From an uncultured Oscillospiraceae bacterium (GTDB lineage Bacteria; Bacillota; Clostridia; Oscillospirales; Acutalibacteraceae), in contig CASFPX010000017.1 of NCBI GenBank assembly GCA_949296915.1, positions 1 to 44,447 of the forward strand: a stretch of DNA of 44,447 nt, read 5' to 3'. Both the position numbers and the translations under genes were made by a program. This document shows positions 40,028 to 44,447 of the stretch, piece by piece. Numbering within the stretch: the stretch's first letter is position 1; each line of letters begins with the position of its first letter. Under the pieces are notes generated by a model, which saw nothing but the letters and a program-made list of their open reading frames with translations, was not told the origin of the DNA and ran no database searches.

Positions 40028-40030
40028 TAT

Positions 40031-40106
40031 GCTGCTATGGCTCAGTAGGCAGAGCACGTCCTTGGTAAGGACGAGGTCACCAGTTCGAATCTGGTTAGCA
40101 GCTCCA
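40031..40106 (+). tRNA. tRNA-Thr (anticodon GGT)
   Basis: GCTGCTATGGCTCAGTAGGCAGAGCACGTCCTTGGTAAGGACGAGGTCACCAGTTCGAATCTGGTTAGCAGCTCCA. Confidence 0.85.
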
Positions 40107-40109
40107 GGA

Positions 40110-40146
40110 GAAGCAGGTCATTGAACGGCCTGCTTTTTTCTTTTGT
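40110..40146 (+). terminator. Intrinsic terminator after the tRNA cluster
   Basis: GCAGGTCATTGAACGGCCTGC followed by TTTTTTCTTTT. Confidence 0.7.
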
Positions 40147-40205
40147 AATCTAAGCACACATCATTTCCCGTCTCTGTTCATCAAATTAAAAACGGGGAAG
40201 CAAAA

Positions 40206-40883
40206 TTGGGTGGGATCTTTTTGAAACGCGCTGTTGTATTTGATATGGACGGACTGATGTTTGATACGGAGCGCCTCTACTGCCAAGCGTGGGATTATGC
40301 CGGAGAAAAATCCGGGCTTGGTAAAACCGGCTACATGGTCATGAAAACACTTGGTACCAACCGGGAGACAGGACGAGCCATCTGGCACAGGGAATTCGGC
40401 TCCCGCTATAATCAGATGGAGATCGAGAAATACACACAGGAGTTTTTCGATCAATATTATCAGTCACATCCTCTGCCCGTCAAAAAGGGGCTGCGTAATT
40501 TGTTACATTACTTAAAAACAAATGAACACCCAACGGCGGTCGCCTCCTCCACTCCGCGCGATCAGATTCTGGAACATTTGAAAGAGACGGAACTGGCCGG
40601 ATTTTTTGATCAGATCGTGGGCGGGGACTCCGTGACGAAATCCAAACCCGACCCGGAGATCTACCTGTACGCCTGCGAGTTGCTGGAGATGAAACCCGCG
40701 GACTGCTATGCGCTGGAGGATTCTCGTAATGGGCTCCTTTCCGCCTCCTCCGCCGGATGCCGAACCATCATGGTTCCGGACCTATGGCAGCCGGACGAAG
40801 AAATCAAAAGCCGTGTGCTGGCTATCCTACCGGATCTGGACGCCGTATCGGAATATCTGAGGCAACATTCCAACAACAAGTAA
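40206..40883 (+). CDS. HAD-superfamily hydrolase, subfamily IA (beta-phosphoglucomutase/phosphatase-like)
   Basis: VVFDMDGLMFDTE motif I, SST motif II, and a K...D/ED motif near the C-terminus. Confidence 0.85.
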   Translation: MGGIFLKRAVVFDMDGLMFDTERLYCQAWDYAGEKSGLGKTGYMVMKTLGTNRETGRAIWHREFGSRYNQMEIEKYTQEFFDQYYQSHPLPVKKGLRNLLHYLKTNEHPTAVASSTPRDQILEHLKETELAGFFDQIVGGDSVTKSKPDPEIYLYACELLEMKPADCYALEDSRNGLLSASSAGCRTIMVPDLWQPDEEIKSRVLAILPDLDAVSEYLRQHSNNK

Positions 40884-40956
40884 TTTTAAACGCCGCCGGA
40901 TTTTAAAATCCGGCGGCTAACGCTTTTCACACAGTAGTAAATGAAAACTTTAAAAA

Positions 40957-41697
40957 TCACAGCTTATTCAAAACGCCATCCTGAAAATAATAAATATCCT
41001 CTTTTTTATATCCGAATTTGGATTTTTTCGTGCTGATATGCGGCTCAAAGGTGAAAAATGGAACCTCTGACAATCTGGTATGATTACCGGACTCAATGTA
41101 AATCCGACTCCTTTTTGATTTTGCAATCGAATGCCCCAAGTTCCCTTTAAAGTCCAGATTGACAAATCCGTTTTGAATAATATAGTGGTTAATATGTTCA
41201 TACAACTCCGCGAAAGTGGTCGTAGGTGTTGCAAAGCGCTTCAACTCCAGGTGCAGTTTCTCCTCCATCAGGAGACCTGCCTGCCACTCCTTATTTACAA
41301 TCTCCTCAATTCTTGTGACAACACGCCCATTTTCCACAACAATAGTACGGGCATAATCCCCCCAAATCTTTTTCCGCTGGGGGCTCAGATCAATCGTGAC
41401 AATATCATCTGATAAAATAATCCGATCTGACGTCCGGTAGCGCCGTCCCGATACAGATATGGCAGTCTCATCCCCGGCAAAACAGAGCGCACCGATATCC
41501 CAATACCAGAAAGAATCTGCTCCAAGCCGCAGCAGCTCTGTCTCACATATGCGTCTCACTTCCAGAAGCGACATACCAGGGATTATAACCTGTCGAATCT
41601 TTTCCATCGCTTGTTTCGCGATCTCCTGAACCTCCGAATAGCGTACCTTACACGGCGCACTGCCAGGCTTTTCACTTCTATTTTCCCTTCCGAACAT
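40957..41697 (-). CDS. M24-family (pita-bread fold) peptidase-like protein
   Basis: Composition resembles creatinase/prolidase/MetAP catalytic domains (IAKQAMEKIRQVIIPGMSLLEV...IDLSPQRKKIWGDYARTIVV...GHSIAKS). Metal-ligand completeness not verified; the start codon is uncertain. Confidence 0.55.
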   Translation of the reverse strand: MFGRENRSEKPGSAPCKVRYSEVQEIAKQAMEKIRQVIIPGMSLLEVRRICETELLRLGADSFWYWDIGALCFAGDETAISVSGRRYRTSDRIILSDDIVTIDLSPQRKKIWGDYARTIVVENGRVVTRIEEIVNKEWQAGLLMEEKLHLELKRFATPTTTFAELYEHINHYIIQNGFVNLDFKGNLGHSIAKSKRSRIYIESGNHTRLSEVPFFTFEPHISTKKSKFGYKKEDIYYFQDGVLNKL

Positions 41698-41740
41698 TTA
41701 CATGCATCTCTCTTCCGTCAAAAAGGACTTGGATCATGTG

Positions 41741-43096
41741 TCACTTCAGGGTAAACACATAGGCACTTTCCATTTCAAACGCCCCTTTCACGGAGACCGC
41801 GATCCCGCCGCTCTCCTGAGAAAAAGGCACTTCTCGACCATTGAATATGACCTTGTGTACCGCCTGCTGACAAGGGATATGCAGATAGAGCGGGAGAATG
41901 TTCGCATCATCGGCCGCATCAGGCAGATAGATCGCGTAGATTTCGTCCCCTTTCGACGTATAGGCGATATTTCCCACCCGATACGGGGCAACCGGCCGCG
42001 TCCCATAGATCGCATATCCGTTCTTTTTGAGCCAAACGCCCACTTCTTCCAGAATGGAACAAGCTTTCGCTGGCAGCCGGCCGTCCGGCTGAGGCCCGAC
42101 GTTGAGTGCGAGGTTCCCACCCTTGGCGACAATATCGCACAGCATATGTATCACCGTTTTGGGGCTTTTATACGTATCGTCAAATCGGTAGGAAAAGCTA
42201 GTCCCCAGCGTGACGCAGCTCTCCCACGGAACCAGTATCGGATGATCCGGCACCGATTGTTCCGGCGTGATAAAATTCTCATTTCGCCCGCCGACCGTCC
42301 TGTCGGCAACCATCATCCACGGCTGGATCCTCCGTACCTCTTTCATGATCCGGGAAAGATGAATATCCATCCCATTGATCGGGCGCACCTGCCCGCCGTC
42401 CAGCCACAGGCATTCAATCCGGCCATAACGGGTTACCAGCTCCAGCATCTGATTTTTTGTGTACTCGCAAAACCGCTCCCACACCTTTGGATGCAGGAAG
42501 GTATTGTAGCTAGTGTTCCGTGTCATGAACTCATCTTTGGCATATCCCTTGGGCCAGTAATACTCGCTGTGCCAGTCCGGCTTGGAAAAATAGGCGTGCA
42601 CCCTCAATCCCTCGTTTCGGAATGCATCAAACAGGCTCTTACAGATATCAGCATTCTTATTTGTACTGAACGGGCATTCGGGAGAGGTGACTTTAAAATC
42701 CGTATATTGGGTATCCCACATGCAGAACCCGTCGTGGTGCTTCGTGGTAAACAGCACATATTGGAACCCAGCCTCTTTGGCCATTTTTGCCCACTGCTCT
42801 GGACGAAAACGTACGGGATTAAAAGTTTTCTTTAAGTTCCAATACTGTTGCCGGAACTCGGCGCAAGTCAAGTCGCTGTCTATATCACTCCACGCCCAGT
42901 CGCGGTCTGCATCCGGCAGCGCCCACGACTCTATAATTCCCCACTGTGAATAGAGGCCCCAGTGAAACATAATGCCAAATTTGGCGTTCTGAAAGTGTTC
43001 CAGAGACTCCTGAACCGCTTTAGGCACAGGCTTGACATACCGCCGTTCCTCACTATAACGATGGTTATACCGTTTATTAAATTCCTTTAATTCCAT
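41741..43096 (-). CDS. Alpha-L-fucosidase (GH29)
   Basis: TKHHDGFCMWDT motif and ~450-aa length typical of GH29. Confidence 0.85.
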   Translation of the reverse strand: MELKEFNKRYNHRYSEERRYVKPVPKAVQESLEHFQNAKFGIMFHWGLYSQWGIIESWALPDADRDWAWSDIDSDLTCAEFRQQYWNLKKTFNPVRFRPEQWAKMAKEAGFQYVLFTTKHHDGFCMWDTQYTDFKVTSPECPFSTNKNADICKSLFDAFRNEGLRVHAYFSKPDWHSEYYWPKGYAKDEFMTRNTSYNTFLHPKVWERFCEYTKNQMLELVTRYGRIECLWLDGGQVRPINGMDIHLSRIMKEVRRIQPWMMVADRTVGGRNENFITPEQSVPDHPILVPWESCVTLGTSFSYRFDDTYKSPKTVIHMLCDIVAKGGNLALNVGPQPDGRLPAKACSILEEVGVWLKKNGYAIYGTRPVAPYRVGNIAYTSKGDEIYAIYLPDAADDANILPLYLHIPCQQAVHKVIFNGREVPFSQESGGIAVSVKGAFEMESAYVFTLK

Positions 43097-43119
43097 AATT
43101 CCCTCTCATTTTGTCCCCG

Positions 43120-43449
43120 TCAATCGATAATTATCCCGTTCTCCTCCAAAAAACCTAGGATGGCGTCCATAGAGGGCGGGTTGACCAATGATTCGCTCCG
43201 CTGCCCGTCCCGAAACAGGATGAGGGTCGGGATCACGCTGACGCCGAACTGCTGGGTGAGAACCGGACTTTCATCTGTGTTGATCTTTGCCAGCACCAGG
43301 GAATCCTCCAGTTCCCCTGCCAACTCGTCCAGCACAGGCGCGAGGCGGTTGCAATAAGTACACCACGGCGCCCCAAAATCGAGTAATACCGGTTGTCCAT
43401 TCTGTAAGACAACCTCCCGAAAATTCTGCTGTGTTACGTCAACAATCAT
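43120..43449 (-). CDS. Thioredoxin
   Basis: WCTYC CxxC active site in a ~110-aa thioredoxin fold. Start chosen at MIVDVTQQNF; the ORF track begins at 43476. Confidence 0.85.
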   Translation of the reverse strand: MIVDVTQQNFREVVLQNGQPVLLDFGAPWCTYCNRLAPVLDELAGELEDSLVLAKINTDESPVLTQQFGVSVIPTLILFRDGQRSESLVNPPSMDAILGFLEENGIIID

Positions 43450-43494
43450 CTCTATCCATCCTCTATCATTTATCACACCGTCAATATACCAATT

Positions 43495-43884
43495 TCATCT
43501 ATTCCTGTCAAGATTTTTTGCCTTTTTCTTTGCCTTGCCGAACAGCTCCGTCAATCCGACTACAATCAGAAATACTGCGAATATTTTGGACAGCAAGGCG
43601 CCGTGCAGGATTTTTGTCAGCCACATGCCACCCAGAACGCCGGCAGAACCGCCCAACGCCATCCATCCCGCCGTTGGGATGTCAATCATTTTCCGTTTGA
43701 GCTGGATCGCAATGGAGATGACCGCACAGGGCAGGAAAAAGAGCAGGTTAATCCCCTGCGCCTGAAGCTGTTCCATCCCCAGAGAAAGCGTCAAATAGAG
43801 TACGAGCACACCGCCCCCGCCCAGACCCATCGCCCCCACAGCGCCGGAAAAGAGCGCCGCCAAAATGCTCCACACATTCATCAT
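43495..43884 (-). CDS. TauE/SafE (DUF81) family half-size membrane protein, C-terminal-half homologue
   Basis: Four TM segments with a Gly-rich GAVGAMGLGGGGVLV motif. The start ATG overlaps the stop of the preceding half-gene (ATGA). Confidence 0.65.
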   Translation of the reverse strand: MMNVWSILAALFSGAVGAMGLGGGGVLVLYLTLSLGMEQLQAQGINLLFFLPCAVISIAIQLKRKMIDIPTAGWMALGGSAGVLGGMWLTKILHGALLSKIFAVFLIVVGLTELFGKAKKKAKNLDRNR

Positions 43885-44321
43885 CGCAGCATCATCCTCA
43901 CACCCGCCCAGAGCATAAACACGCCAAAGATACGGCGCATGATCTGATCTGGAATTTTAGCCAGCAAAAATGCACCCACCAGCGCTCCAAGTGCCCCTGG
44001 AATCAAGTAGATCAACGAATCCTGTACAGTCATGTAGCCATTGTATAGGTACATACCCACACTGATAATGGAGATCGGGAAAATCACGGCCAGACATGTG
44101 GCCTGTGCACGCGTCTGCTCCGGCACAAAGCGCCGGATGATCGGGACGCCGATCATCCCCCCACCCGCACCGAGCAGGCTATTGACAACGCCTACGAGTG
44201 CCCCGCCAATGATCTTGAAAAATACAGTTGACTTTTTCTGCTCCATATGGGACCTCCGATGGCAAACGTACTTTACCCTGAATCTGATATGGTTAGTATC
44301 TGCGTTGAACTCCCCATCCAT
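43881..44321 (-). CDS. TauE/SafE (DUF81) family half-size membrane protein, N-terminal-half homologue
   Basis: Four TM segments with a GAGGGMIGVP motif; translationally coupled to the downstream half-gene. Confidence 0.65.
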   Translation of the reverse strand: MDGEFNADTNHIRFRVKYVCHRRSHMEQKKSTVFFKIIGGALVGVVNSLLGAGGGMIGVPIIRRFVPEQTRAQATCLAVIFPISIISVGMYLYNGYMTVQDSLIYLIPGALGALVGAFLLAKIPDQIMRRIFGVFMLWAGVRMMLR

Positions 44322-44347
44322 TCATCCCAACAAAAAAGGCCCGGAAA

Positions 44348-44447
44348 ATGAACCGAACCAGTAAAAACGGACAATAGACAAAAAGCCCCCTGATGTAGGA
44401 TAATAACTACGTCAGGGGGTAATTACATGTCAGGAAGAAAAGGTATG
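44348..44447 (-). repeat. Copy B of the ~100-bp repeated element (inverted relative to copy A at 216..315); truncated by the window edge
   Basis: Its reverse complement aligns to 216..315. It contains the same terminator hairpin (44386..44419, one stem mismatch) with the T-run on the minus strand. Confidence 0.8.

Overview
This 44.4-kb window reads as ordinary chromosome from a spore-forming, medium-GC Firmicute (Clostridia-like; an Oscillospiraceae/Ruminococcaceae-type gene set is an inference, not a measurement). It is densely coding and mostly housekeeping (product calls inferred from motifs by eye): ligA, trxB, a XerD-like tyrosine recombinase, metK, alaS, ispE, ndk, a class-B PBP, a class I/II aminotransferase, an MscS channel, a CDF transporter, and an ECF sigma/anti-sigma pair. 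Sporulation genes are present (spoIIR, SpoVB-like, SpoIIM-like, YunB-like). Two glycoside hydrolases are called (GH36 alpha-galactosidase, GH29 alpha-L-fucosidase). There are five tRNAs: Val on the minus strand, and an Ile2(CAU)-Trp-Asp-Thr cluster on the plus strand. Two riboswitches sit back to back on the minus strand: an FMN riboswitch before ribU and a SAM-I riboswitch before metK. I found no CRISPR array, no rRNA, no transposase and no clear defence island. The points worth a second look are: (1) the window is bracketed by inverted copies of a roughly 100-bp repeat, each carrying a strong terminator hairpin just upstream of a membrane-protein gene; (2) a solitary ndoA/mazF-type toxin gene with no antitoxin ORF, lying next to (3) a YdjI/COG4260-like SPFH protein with a five-fold zinc-ribbon tail plus a TM/zinc-ribbon partner; (4) two adjacent frameshifted genes, a YafY-type HTH-WYL regulator and a GyrI-like effector-domain/zinc-ribbon protein; (5) a 777-bp non-coding gap containing an apparently stranded terminator; and (6) several unusual operon arrangements (orphan fumarase beta subunit with ndk and a DivIVA-domain gene, anti-sigma gene ahead of sigma gene, split TauE/SafE). 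Several ORF-track entries are artefacts: translated riboswitches, antisense frames, and N-terminal extensions.
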